Shown piece by piece: positions 25,972 through 38,620 of a stretch of 64,000 nt of DNA. Every line of letters begins with the position of its first letter. Within the stretch, counting starts at the first letter, position 1. The translations under genes and the position numbers were made by a program. The notes below the pieces were generated by a model. That model was not told the DNA's origin, searched no databases, and worked only from the letters and a program-made list of their open reading frames with translations. The stretch comes from Macrostomum lignano (taxonomy: Eukaryota), in the NCBI GenBank assembly GCA_002269645.1, contig NIVC01001622.1:116984-180983 (forward strand), given 5' to 3'.

Positions 25972-27600
25972 CTGTTTACAAAAAAATGATGTACATTTTC
26001 AAATTTATTAAGATGCAATATTTAATTTAAGGCAATAAAAACTACATTTTCAATTTGTAGGCTAGTAGAATATATAGTAAATTTACTAAATGTACAATGT
26101 GAACATAATATAATGAAAATGTTTTTTACAACCATTTTATTTGTACATTAATTGAAATTGAATCAAGGCTTAAATATATTAATAGTGTGCTGTTTTGATT
26201 GCTATATATAATTAAGCATTATATTGCATATCAAGTTTCTACTAAACTAATAAATTTAGACTTTGTAGGACATTATACATACTTGGACATTAAGTTGATT
26301 GTTTTCTCACTAATTTTCAACTCATAAACTAGGTTTTTTTTGCAATAGGGATGCTATAGCATCTTTAATTTCGAAATTGCATCTTGAAATTTGACCTTGG
26401 ATACAATTTTGCATCTTAGTGCCAAAAAACCCCAGCTCATAAACCTAGATTAAAAAAGATTAATTTTTTTATTTTGATTCAGAAGACTTTTCAAATAAAA
26501 AACTACAAACTATTATCGTAGACAAGAAATTCAAGAAAAGTTCTGACAAAATTAGGCCGCTACTGTTGTCCAGATTGTTTTAATTAGTTCTAAATGAAGC
26601 CAGTCTATGCTGAAATCATATGATTTTATATTATTGAATATTTAAAAAAGAAATTTAAAAATTAAAAAAACTTTGAAGAGCTTAGCTTAATTTAATGTTT
26701 TTAATCTCTTAAGATAATAAATAATAAATAAATAAAGTTACAGTTATAAAAGTTTTAAATAAACTTTCTACAAAACATACATTTGCTCTATTAGTGAACC
26801 TTAAAAGTTTAGAAATCAAGATATAAATATGTTTATCTAGTTTTTATCTGAAATTTACTTTCAAAAATATTTACAAAAAGCATATGTTTGGTAGAAAAAC
26901 TAGTTATTAGACACTGGAGTCTAGCTCTTATGTTAGACCATAGAGTCTCACTTGAACTTATACAATTGAACTATGTAAGAATTTTATAGTTAAAAGTTGT
27001 ATATATAATACACATAGATATATAACCTATGCATTTATAAACCCTAGAATCATTTTGCTCTTGCTATAAACAACTAGAATAATGTAATGATTATAGTAAT
27101 TATAAGTAATGCAGTTATAAGATTCAGATTAATCATTACTAACCAATTGTTTTAAATAAATAAAAAAGATCTAGATTCTAGGCCTAATTTATTATAATTT
27201 TTTCTTTTTTCTTAAGGTTGAATAAGGTAATTAAATTAATTACTTAATCTTTGTTCTTCAAAATTTAAAGCACCATCTTTTCTTTACAGTACAGATACAG
27301 TGCTATAGTAAAGTGTTAGTGGCAAATTAATATAAGTAGAAAAACTAACAATACAATTTCTCCATAGTCTAAGACTCTCAACATTTATTTCTAGGCATTC
27401 TTTTTGTAAACTAATGAAGCCATCTACAGCAAATATTGAAAGATATATTGTTTAAGTGTTTTGGTGCAATGACACTTTGTGCATCTATGAAAAGCTATAG
27501 TTTTAACTGTCTATTATATAATGCATATCTCAGTAAATATTTTTTACAGACACTTACATTAGGTACGAAAGAAAACTGAATAGAAATCGCGAATGTGTAC

Positions 27601-27664
27601 CTTGAGATAGCAGCGTAAGTAGGCCTAAACCAAACGCAATCACCAGATTACGAATTCGATCCAT
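27601..27664 (-). CDS. Shisa-like protein, exon 1 (signal peptide)
   Basis: MDRIRNLVIAFGLGLLTLLSQ-G|gtacac, a hydrophobic signal-peptide shape. Phase 1 fits exon 2. Spliced CDS 960 nt = 319 aa. Confidence 0.7.
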
Positions 27665-28100
27665 TTCGTAGTGCTCTGTAACTACAAAGTAAAAAAAACC
27701 AGTCAGTTTGAAGGTAAATCCAAAATGCTTATTGTGACGGGTTGTTTTTTGCTTATTTAATGACTTGAAAACTTCCTAAAATTTTCACAAACACAGAGTA
27801 ATCTAATGGCGCTATAGCCTCAACCAGCCACAAGGTCAAGGCCAAAACCAAAACCAATTGTAAAAAGTTAGCTGTACTGTCTAAGAAATCTGCTGTTTAA
27901 CATTTTAGGAATTGGTAACTCATTGACCATTAGAATGCTTAATATAGTAAGATACAAATAAAATACAAATCGAAAATAAAGATTTAACAATTGAAGTTAT
28001 TTTTCATGGTGTGTATTAGAGAAACACGTTACTTGTTGTTTTACTTTTATTTTTTCGGTAAATCAAAGCGAGACGAGTAAAAGATCCAAAGCATCTTAAT

Positions 28101-28545
28101 CAGGGAACAGCAAACTCCGCGACGCCGCGTACCAAATCCCGCGAAGCCTCTATACCCAGCCCTTTGGTCCAGCCCGCTTCAAGTTTAAACGCTTCTCAGC
28201 TTTCTTCTCTCTAATCGTCCTCTCCTATATCCTCTCCCTTCTCTCCTCCAATCGTTTTCTCTGCTTAACTCTCTCCTCTTGTCTCCTCTCCTCACCCCTG
28301 TCCTCTCTTTTCTGTTGTTGCTCCTCTCCTCTCCCCCTCTCCGATCTCTCCTCTCTCCTCTCTCCTCTCCTACATGTGTACATGTATGTATTGATCGCCT
28401 CTCCTCCCTTTCCTTATTCTCTCGCCTCTCCTTTCTCCTACTGTATCTCTCTTCTCTCTTCTCTCTCCTCTCTTTTCCCTCTACTCTCCCCTTCTCTTGT
28501 CATGCGGCATATTCTCTATCTGGCCCTTGGGGCAAAAGGCGTGAA
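28101..28545 (-). mobile_element. hAT-like MITE with GA-rich core (copy 4, reverse orientation, diverged)
   Basis: cagggaacagcaaactccgc resembles the reverse complement of the copy-3 right end. gccctttggtcc and tctctatctggcc match the family blocks. CT-rich interior. Confidence 0.55.
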
Positions 28546-29302
28546 ATGATGTACATGTACATGTAGATGTAAAGATTTTCAGACTTTAACTCAAGGTGCC
28601 ATAGTCCAAGCTTTATCAAACCGCGATAACTTTTCCGTTTACCAAGCGTAAGATCAGATAACAAGAAAAACAAATTGAGACACCTCATTCTATCTCTCAT
28701 GCGGCAATTATGGCACTGTAGAGAAAATACTAACGATTGAATTATGAGATATTTAAATTAGAGTTAAATTGAATCTAAGATAAGCCAGTAAGTGGGCGCA
28801 GGGCCCAAACAAGTATATTTATATGACTTAATTTAGAGGGGGGTTGACTCCAGATAATAAGGAGAGGGGTGAAGTGCGCGACTGAAGAGAGAGGCGAGAA
28901 TGGAGAGCCAATCAGAAGGCAGCAAGGGAGAGAGAGATAAGAATAACAAGATTGAGCTAGACAGAGAGAGAGAAAACAGAGACAAGTGAAGGTGAACTAA
29001 GAAATGACTAGGAAAGTCGCGACAGGCACTAACACCTTTTTTACCTCCTATTTTGAACCAAAGTACGTCTTGTTCAAAAGAATTAAACAAGCAGAACTTC
29101 CACTTAAACACTTGAGAAATCTCAGCGCTTGTGGAAGTTTAACTCAAGCAAAGTCCATTTCTAATTGAAACAGATGAAATCCAATTCAGACTGTCTGTGG
29201 CCGAAACTGTCCCTGAGTGACGCGCACGCGCAGATTTGAAGTTCAAAAGAAAAAAAGTTTACAAACAAACAAACATTCTATTTCGACAGAGTTTTGCAGA
29301 TT

Positions 29303-31320
29303 AGATACGCATTTGTTTCCCGATCGATATTCAGATTGATATTCGAAAACTAACAAAATCTCTGCTCTGCAAAAATATTTTAGAACGCCGTTTGACAGGA
29401 AAAAAAGTGCAACTAAGAAAATTGCAAAAATTAAGTTTCAGCTCGATCCGTCACTCTGGCTCGAAATGGCACCGATTTTCGATGTGCTCCCATTTAAAAT
29501 ACATGTGATTTTATAAGGCAGATCGATATTCGAGTTCGCTCACTTTGGCTTGACCATTCAACATGAAATTTTACACACTAAAAAGTGCAACTCAGAAACC
29601 GATAAATATACAGTTTCAGCTCGATCCGTCACTCTGGCTCGAAATGGCACCGATTTTCGATGTGCTCCCATTTAAAATACATGTGATTTTATAAGGCAGA
29701 TCGATATTCGAGTTCGCTCACTTTGGCTTGACCATTCAACATGAAATTTTACACACTAAAAAGTGCAACTCAGAAACCGATAAATATACAGTTTCAGCTC
29801 GATCCGTCACTCTGACTCGAAATGGCACCGATTTTCGATGTGCTCCCATTTAAAATACATGTGATTTTATAAGGCAGATCGATATTCGAGTTCGCTCACT
29901 TTGGCTTGACCATTCAACATGAAATTTTACACACTAAAAAGTGCAACTCAGAAACCGATAAATATGCAGTTTCAGCTCGATCCGTCACTCTGGCTCGAAA
30001 TGGCACCGATTTTCGATGTGCTCCCATTTAAAATACATGTGATTTTATAAGGCAGATCGATATTCGAGTTCGCTCACTTTGGCTTGAGGCAATAAATAGA
30101 ATGTACTGCTTGCTTAGTATTGCTTAGGAAACACCATTCTTCGGGAAGCTGAATAAGATTTGCAACCCCTAATTAGATCCGCAACCTGCCTTCTGTGAGC
30201 TATATACGAGAGCTATAGATTTCGCGTTCCTCATTGTATATACTTTTCTGAATGCACCAACATCCGAACTTAACAATGTTCTGCCTCCTGCGTAAAATAA
30301 ATGAGCAAGATAAAAAAATGTTTGCTATCAAAATGGAACAAAACTTCGAGTCGAATGGTCAAGCCAAAGTGAGCGAACTCGAATATCGATCTGCCTTATA
30401 AAATCACATGTATTTTAAATGGGAGCACATCGAAAATCGGTGCCATTTCGAGCCAGAGTGACGGATCGAGCTGAAACTGCATATTTATCGGTTTCTGAGT
30501 TGCACTTTTTAGTGTGTAAAATTTCATGTTGAATGGTCAAGCCAAAGTGAGCGAACTCGAATATCGATCTGCCTTATAAAATCACATGTATTTTAAACGG
30601 GAGCACATCGAAAATCGGTGCCATTTCGAGCCAGAATGATGGATCGAGCTGAAACTGTATATTTATCGGTTTCTGAGTTGCACTTTTTAGTGTGTAAAAT
30701 TTCATGTTGAATGGTCAAGCCAAAGTGAGCGAACTCGAATATCGATCTGCCTTATAAAATCACATGTATTTTAAATAGGAGCACATCGAAAATCGGTGTC
30801 ATTTCGAGCCAGAATGACGGATCGAGCTGAAACTGTATATTTATCGGTTTCTGAGTTGCACTTTTTAGTGTGTAAAATTTCATGTTGAATGGTCAAGCCA
30901 AAGTGAGCGAACTCGAATATCGATCTGCCTTATAAAATCACATGTATTTTAAATAGGAGCACATCGAAAATCGGTGTCATTTCGAGCCAGAATGACGGAT
31001 CGAGCTGAAACTGTATATTTATCGGTTTCTGAGTTGCACTTTTTAGTGTGTAAAATTTCATGTTGAATGGTCAAGCCAAAGTGAGCGAACTCGAATATCG
31101 ATCTGCCTTATAAAATCACATGTATTTTAAATGGGAGCACATCGAAAATCGGTGCCATTTCGAGCCAGAGTGATGGATCAAGCTGAAACTTAATTTTTGC
31201 AATGTTCTTAGTTGCACTTTTTTTCCTGTCAAACGGCGTTCTAAAATATTTTTGCAGAGCAGAGATTTTGTTAGTTTTCGAATATCAATCTGAATATCGA
31301 TCGGGAAACAAATGCGTTCT
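29303..31320. mobile_element. Foldback-like element: ~0.8-1 kb inverted arms made of 178-bp tandem subrepeats around a ~265-bp spacer
   Basis: Outer ~130 bp unique and inverted (cgcatttgtttcccgatcg... / ...cgatcgggaaacaaatgcg). Left subrepeats start at 29436, 29614, 29792 and 29970 (~3.7 units). The right arm 30353-31189 is the reverse complement (~4.7 units). Confidence 0.85.
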
Positions 31321-31792
31321 ATTAAAAAAAAAAGATACATTTTTCTAAGTTAACGACACCGACGAAGACTTGTAGATTCCGGACAACGTTCAGGTCAAGC
31401 GGCTTTCACCATACAGTCCGTTTATGACTCCTGTAGACCAGTATAGACAAAGACATACGAGTAGACAAGAGGTGATATTCATATTGACATTTTGTCCCAA
31501 GTTTTCTTGAAATGAATTCCGGCCCTTGCCTTATGCATGTATAAAATGCTACGTACATGAGAGTGTGTAATATACATATATAATTACTACCACATTTAGA
31601 GTCGAGAGGATTAAAAATACGAGGTTTTAGGCAAGTTAGTTAGCTCCATTGTAACAAACAGGCGTTTAAAGTAAAACAGGATGGCTTCGATCACATTATA
31701 TTTTAAATTGATGCCTTATCCATACAGCAGTTCCTATGGCTACATAGTTGCAATCCACTGGTAATAAAACATTTCATATGAACACTACTAGT

Positions 31793-32254
31793 AGTATCGC
31801 TTTTGTCAGCCTAACTGAGAATAAAGCCACCCAAAATGAGAATCCTGCCTACGCTGACTGCGAAGGGCCTGGCTGCGTGCAGCCTTAGTCTATGGGCCAT
31901 AGACAATAAAGGACAAGCAAAGTGATAAAAAGCCATCCAATGTGCGAATCGATTGGTCTATGCGTCGTATTCTTTTATTTTTATACCTTCTGAGCTTCTG
32001 AGCCATATGACTAGCCAATCCTAGCTTATCCTTTATAGTCTATGGCTCATAGACTAGGCTGGTCGCAGCTAGGCCCTTCGTATTCAGCGTAGGCAGGATT
32101 CTCACATTGGATGGCTTTTTATCACTTTGCTTATCCTTTATAGTCTATGGCCCATAGACTAAGGCTGCACGCAGACAGGCCCTTCGCAGTCAGCGTAGGC
32201 AGGATTCTCACTTTGGATGGCTTTATTCTCAGTTAGGCTGACAAAACCAATACT
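31793..32254. mobile_element. Palindromic MITE, ~157-bp inverted arms
   Basis: 31793-31950 is the reverse complement of 32097-32254 with a few mismatches. The spacer holds a further diverged arm copy. Contains three gtctatggNNcatagac hairpins. Confidence 0.8.
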
Positions 32255-33024
32255 TTTAGAATCTAACGCACATGTGATGTATCGACCAAATCCAATTCGA
32301 TGGCAAATTTCTTCAAAATCTCATTAAGCACTATATATGCTTTATGCCTCAAATAAAAGTAATAATTTCGTGGAAAATATTTTCTGCTTTTTACCAGTAA
32401 AAAAGAATTAATTCATTCCAGCAGCTGCTGATGCATGTATCCATATTATATTGTAGCCCTTGGCAGTTTCTGACGAATGGCATTGAGCATGAGGGGGCTC
32501 GCCTGCCCCTGCAGCATAGGACACATTCTTCCATTGAAAGCCAGGTCACGATATATGCATGCATATCCCAGGAGTTTAATGAATCAGCTTCATGATTGCA
32601 GATTCATGAATCGAAAATGAGATGTATAGATGATGTACATCATAGCTCAGTTCTGCAACACCCCCTACGGCGGGATACTGAGAATCAAGTAGATAAAGCC
32701 ATTTGTCTTACCATAATTTTAGAACATCAGCATGTGATTACGAGCGTAAAGTTTCTGTGTCGGAACAGTTTTTCATCCTGTCAGCAAACTATAAGCTTGT
32801 AAATTAAATAACAACACGAAAGTGGTGCATGTGTTGTAATTGCAGAAGCTCAATCTTATGTGCTTACTTCAATAAGTCCATTGGGTTGGGAAAAGATCTT
32901 TCCTCAATCAGGTGGTAAAATACATCCAATAATCAAATGTCCTTATTTTGTTAAAGACCCTTCAATTTTGTTGTTTTGACTATTAGTCAGATATACGCTC
33001 GTGTCTTTTTCCGAGCAGACCGGG

Positions 33025-33750
33025 CTACATCTCTCGCTTTCCGAGCAGACCAGAGTACATCTCTCGCTTTCCGAGCAGACCAGAGTACATCGCTCGCTTT
33101 CCGAGCAGACCAGAGTACATCTCTCGCTTTCCGAGCAGACCAGAGTACATCGCTCGCTTTCCGAGCAGACCAGAGTACATCTCTCGCTTTCCAAGCAGAC
33201 CAGAGTACATCGCTCGCTTTCCAAGCAGGCCAGAGTACATCTCTCGCTTTCCAAGCAGACCAGAGTACATCGCTCGCTTTCCAAGCAGGCCAGAGTACAT
33301 CTCTCGCTTTCCAAGAAGACCGGAGTACATCTCTCGCTTTCCAAGCAGGCCAGAGTACATCGCTCGCTTTCCAAGCAGGCCGGAGTACATCTCTCGCTTT
33401 CCAAGCAGGCCAGAGTACATCGCTCGCTTTCCAAGCAGGCCGGAGTACATCTCTCGCTTTCCAAGCAGGCCAGAGTACATCGCTCGCTTTCCAAGCAGAC
33501 CAGAGTACATCTCTCGCTTTCCAAGCAGACCAGAGTACATCTCTCGCTTTCCAAGCAGGCCAGAGTACATCGCTCGCTTTCCAAGCAGGCCGGAGTACAT
33601 CTCTCGCTTTCCAAGCAAACCAGAGTACATCACTCGCTTTCCAAGACCGCGCTCCAACACCCGCTTAGAGGCAAGAGCGCTCTCTAGTTGACCAAAATTG
33701 TCCAGCAGAACATAGACTACCAGCAGCAGAAGCAGTGGATACTTCATCAT
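33025..33750 (-). CDS. Prepro-neuropeptide encoding 20 x (E/A/V)MYSGLL-amide plus VLERGL-amide
   Basis: Signal peptide MMKYPLLLLLVVYVLLDNFGQLESA, KR site, then 30-bp repeats each ending G-K-R (amide donor Gly plus dibasic convertase site): 11 EMYSGLL, 8 AMYSGLL, 1 VMYSGLL. Other frames give no such logic. Confidence 0.93.
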   Translation of the reverse strand: MMKYPLLLLLVVYVLLDNFGQLESALASKRVLERGLGKRVMYSGLLGKREMYSGLLGKRAMYSGLLGKREMYSGLLGKREMYSGLLGKRAMYSGLLGKREMYSGLLGKRAMYSGLLGKREMYSGLLGKRAMYSGLLGKREMYSGLLGKREMYSGLLGKRAMYSGLLGKREMYSGLLGKRAMYSGLLGKREMYSGLLGKRAMYSGLLGKREMYSGLLGKRAMYSGLLGKREMYSGLLGKREM

Positions 33751-34444
33751 CTGATTTCTAGGAATGATTCTGTGCCAATCTAAAAAAATAATTGCTTGGT
33801 TTTTTGATCAAACTCAGAAAATGATGGACACAAACATTGACAAATAATCTTTTAAATTATTTAATGAAGTGTTGTTATAGTAAGGACATAGTTTAGGAGG
33901 TAATTCAAATTTGCTTTTGCGCTACTTTGAGTAGTTTTATTTCCAGAAATACCAGTAGATAGGTTAGTGAAGGCTTTGCGGGATGGGGGCACATGACGAA
34001 ACCTGACGAGAGCTGCCCATTTGCAACGTTTTTCCCAGATTTGAGAGAGAGTAAGCAAAATTTTAGAAATTTTAAGCATAAATTTTCTTAAACCGACAGT
34101 CAATCTGAAGAAATGTCCATAAAAATTCGAGCACATTTCCTGAGCCATCCCAAGTGAAGAGAAGTACTCTAGCATCACGGAATTTACATGCCTAGTCAGA
34201 CAGTATTAAGAGGACTCAAGATAAGAGTAATGACTGCCGCAACTTCAGCGGAAAATGTTTTCTAAGAAATACTCATCTGTCAGAATTTTATTTGCTAGGT
34301 AAACTAAACCTGCAGGGATCTGATTTTCTTGGTAAGCAAATAAATTGCGATTCGAAATATTTCCACTGACAAAATCAACACTGGTAGAGCCATTGAAATA
34401 GCTACTCAATCAGCGGGCTATTACGAGCGTAGATTGGGACAGGT

Positions 34445-35010
34445 GAGGGTGAGGCTATTAGTGAGTGCAGTTGAGGCTATTAGTGAGTGGAGTTGAGGCT
34501 ATTTGTGAGGTGGAGTTGAGGCTATTAGTGAGTGCAGTTGAGGCTATTAGTGAGTGGAGTTGAGGCTACTAGTGAGGTGGAGTTGAGGCTATTAGTGAGT
34601 GGAGTTGAGGCTACTAGTGAGGTGGAGTTGAGGCTATTAGTGAGTGGAGTTGAGGCTACTAGTGAGGTGGAGTTGAGGCTATTAGTGAGTGGACTTGAGG
34701 CTATTAGTGAGTGGACTTGAGGCTATTAGTGAGGTGGAGTTGAGGCTATTAGTGAGTGGACTTGAGGCTACTAGTGAGGTGGAGTTGAGGCTATTAGTGA
34801 GTGGAGTTGAGGCTACTAGTGAGGTGGAGTTGAGGCTATTAGTGAGTGGACTTGAGGCTATTAGTGAGGTGGAGTTGAGGCTATTAGTGAGTGGACTTGA
34901 GGCTATTAGTGAGTGGACTTGAGGCTATTAGTGAGTGGACTTGAGGCTATTAGTGAGTGGACTTGAGGCTATTAGTGAGGTGGAGTTGAGGCTACTAGTG
35001 AGTAAAATTT
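34445..35010. repeat. 22/23-bp minisatellite (45-bp higher-order unit)
   Basis: gaggctattagtgagtggagtt alternates with gaggctactagtgaggtggagtt. Confidence 0.95.
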
Positions 35011-35567
35011 AGGGCTGTTAGTGAAAAATGCAACTGAAAAGTGATCAATTACCAGTATTTTGAAGCAATCTTGCTGGAATTCAGAACCTAGCTGTGTTCA
35101 GTAAGTTGATGGCTCTTCAAATTATTCTTCCTGCAGTTGCCAAGCGGCGCAATTCTTCAAAGAAATGGAAATGCTTCGCAAATAAAGATGCGAGTCTGAG
35201 ATGATGGCAGCCGAGAATCCACGGGTTCCGTTTCTGATTGGATATTTGCAATTTTCTTAACGCGAATTGGTCGGAAATTTCTGGGCTGGTAAGGTTGTCA
35301 AATTTGTTATTTTCTAATGGATTTTGGTTCCAAATTCAAAATCAATTCATTTTGCGGTTCTTTAATACTTTATCCACTGGATTAAACTAAAAAACCGATC
35401 ATTAATTTCCTGAATAAATAAGACAACACTGAAAAAGAGAGGGCGGGGTGGAATGACAAGCGACTTACATGTAATTAATTTGCGATAGCACGAACTTTCA
35501 GTTCTGAGCCACCAAATCTAGCCCTAATTGGGGAATCTCGATTTTCAGAAACCATAAAAAACTCTGC

Positions 35568-36334
<767 letters not shown>

Positions 36335-36511
36335 CCTATGCAGAATTCCTAGACTTGAAAATCTCTCTACAAACTTGACTGAGCATTTTAGTCTATGTCA
36401 CAAAGGCTTTACGATTGAAAGCTGATGTTACTGGAGCTTATTCCGGTAAAGTCTGAATCTCGCATTAATTGTTAATTAAGAACGACCTCCTCTTTCAACA
36501 CGGACGCGGCA

Positions 36512-37193
36512 ATGAAATCCTCAATGCCTGCACCTTCGAATGCGCACTTGAATGTCCGCTTCGCCGACACAGCCGTCGTTCATTATCCGGCCCCGGAGCC
36601 GCTGTCCCCCACGCCGCTGGAGGTTGCAGCGGCTTCGATAAGCGACGGAGGCGGCGGCGGCGGCGGCAGCGGCGAGACTGGAGCGGAGGACAGCGGCTTG
36701 GCCAGCTTTTCAGGACCGCCTCGTTGCGGCCGAATCATTTCAAAGCGCGAGCTGCTGCAGTGCTTGAACGGGCCAGACTTTGATGCCAACATTGGCTGCC
36801 AAAATGTCCCAGAAACTGCAGTTGCAGACTCGTCTAACGTGAGCAACCTGAGCGGCGACTTGAACGCCATGGACCAGCAGTCTCAGCAGCGGCAGCAGCA
36901 GCTGAGCATGATACCGAAGTACCAGCCGATTAACAACGTACCGCCGCAGGTGGACAATCGAGGTGGCCGGGTCGCGCGAGTAGCCACTGACAACATCAGG
37001 GAGGTGGCAGCTGCGGCAGTTGCAGCAGCAGCAGCAGCAGCCGCAGCCGCAGCGGCCGCCGCGGCCGGTGGTACAGACAAATCCAACATGGTCGGAAAGT
37101 CGACCGGAACGATGTCGTCCGCCCTGCGCCGCCGCAACCTTGCCAGCGAGAGAACAAGAAGCAAACAGTCCACCGTGTGCGCGATTCTGCTTG
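36512..37193 (+). CDS. TMEM272-like 4-TM protein, exon 1 (long low-complexity N-terminus with poly-Ala/Gly)
   Basis: Open GC-rich frame. Donor CTT G|gtgagg at 37193/37194 (phase 1) splices STVCAILL-V-FLLLILP into a continuous first TM helix. Confidence 0.72.
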
Positions 37194-37877
37194 GTGAGGC
37201 CTTCGACGATGTGGGTCACTTCTGGTACGACCCGGGGGAATTGTATGGAGCCTCCTTGATCTTTTGTTTGGTATGGCAATTGTTTTAAGCATCCATGGCC
37301 TGTTTGAAATTTTCATTGTTAAACCCAATGATAGCTATATAGAATTCCTACGAGAAAATTTGATGCTGAAAACACCCAAAACTGGTTAAACCATTGGTCA
37401 AAAAAGGAATTTGTAAAATTCAAATGTTGTTTACAAGTGTTTCTAATGGTCTTTAAAAAAACTAACTTTGAAATCAGCAACCCCCCCCCTACAAAAACTG
37501 CAAAACAATTCTTGGTACTTGCCTAAAAATCATGAACTTACAGGTTACAGCAGTAGCAAGTGATGCTATTATAAGTAGTATCGTGCAAAAGAAAAACAAG
37601 GGGCAATTATAAATCTTTCTCGCAACCAAGAACGGCAGAGTTTTTGTGGAACTTTTTAATTAAACACCCATTATACTCATTTGGTTAGTGAAGAGAAAAG
37701 TCAGCAAACAATGAACAATTATCAATATTTATTATTGTTGATCAAGGGCGTCGCCACCGGAGGGTCCAGGGGGGCAGGTCTCCCCAGTAAAAGCTATGTG
37801 GGGACAGGCCAATGCTTTGTTCCCCCACTCAACCTTGTGACCCGTTATGGAAATTAATAATCTTGCTTCAGGGCGAC

Positions 37878-38497
37878 AAAATGAGTGCCTGCGGCGCTAA
37901 AATGAGTGCCTGCGGCGCCAAAATGAATGCCTGCGGCGCCAAAATGAGTGCCTGCGGCGCCAAAATGAGTGCCTGCGGCGCCAAAATGAGTGCCTGCGGC
38001 GCTAAAATGAGTGCCTGCGGCGCCAAAATGAGTGCCTGCGGCGCTAAAATGAGTGCCTGCGGCGCCAAAATGAGTGCCTGCGGCGTTAAAATGAGTGCCT
38101 GCGGCGCCAAAATGAGTGCCTGCGGCGCCAAAATGAGTGCCTGCGGCGCCAAAATAAGTGCCTGCGGCGCTAAAATGAGTGCCTGCGGCGCCAAAATGAG
38201 TGCCTGCGGCGCTAAAATGAGTGCCTGCGGCGCCAAAATGAGTGCCTGCGGCGCCAAAATGAGTGCCTGCGGCGCCAAAATAAGTGCCTGCGGCCTCAAA
38301 ATGAGTGCCTGTGGCCCCAAAATGAGTGCCTGCGGTGCCAAAATGAGTGCCTGTGGTACCAAAATGAGTGCCTGCGGTGCCAAAATGAGTGCCTGCGGCG
38401 CCAAAATGAGTGCCTGCGGCGCTAAAATGAGTGCCTGCGGCGCCAAAATGAGTGCCTGCGGCGCCAAAATGAGTGCCTGTGGTACCAAAATGAGTGC
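37878..38497. repeat. 21-bp minisatellite (aaaatgagtgcctgcggcgcc), ~29 units, intronic
   Basis: Explains the MSACGAK and PQALILA ORFs. Confidence 0.96.
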
Positions 38498-38620
38498 TGA
38501 GAACACCGATTCTGAAAATAATGAAAACTGCAAGTCTAACACAAACTCAGCAAATTAAGTTGCAGTTTCGGCCGGCGCGAGTTTCTGTCATTTGTACCCA
38601 CCTCAAAATTTGCCTTCCAG

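Noticed and set aside
29436-31189. CRISPR-like or rDNA interpretation of regular repeats here and in other arrays
   Set aside because: Units are contiguous with no unique spacers, there are no cas genes, the context is eukaryotic, and I see no rRNA similarity.
32943-33687. Alternative-frame ORFs over the neuropeptide repeats (ESERCTL, ADQSTSL, SEQTRVH)
   Set aside because: No signal peptide or processing logic, and unit variation is non-synonymous in these frames.
33751-33765. Spliced-leader trans-splicing acceptor just before the neuropeptide ATG
   Set aside because: AG sites are present but cannot be told apart from a cis-spliced 5' UTR intron without transcripts.
37812-38558. MSACGAK repeat ORF as a metallothionein-like protein
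   Set aside because: It is a 21-bp array inside the intron of the TMEM272-like model; the unit length is simply divisible by 3.
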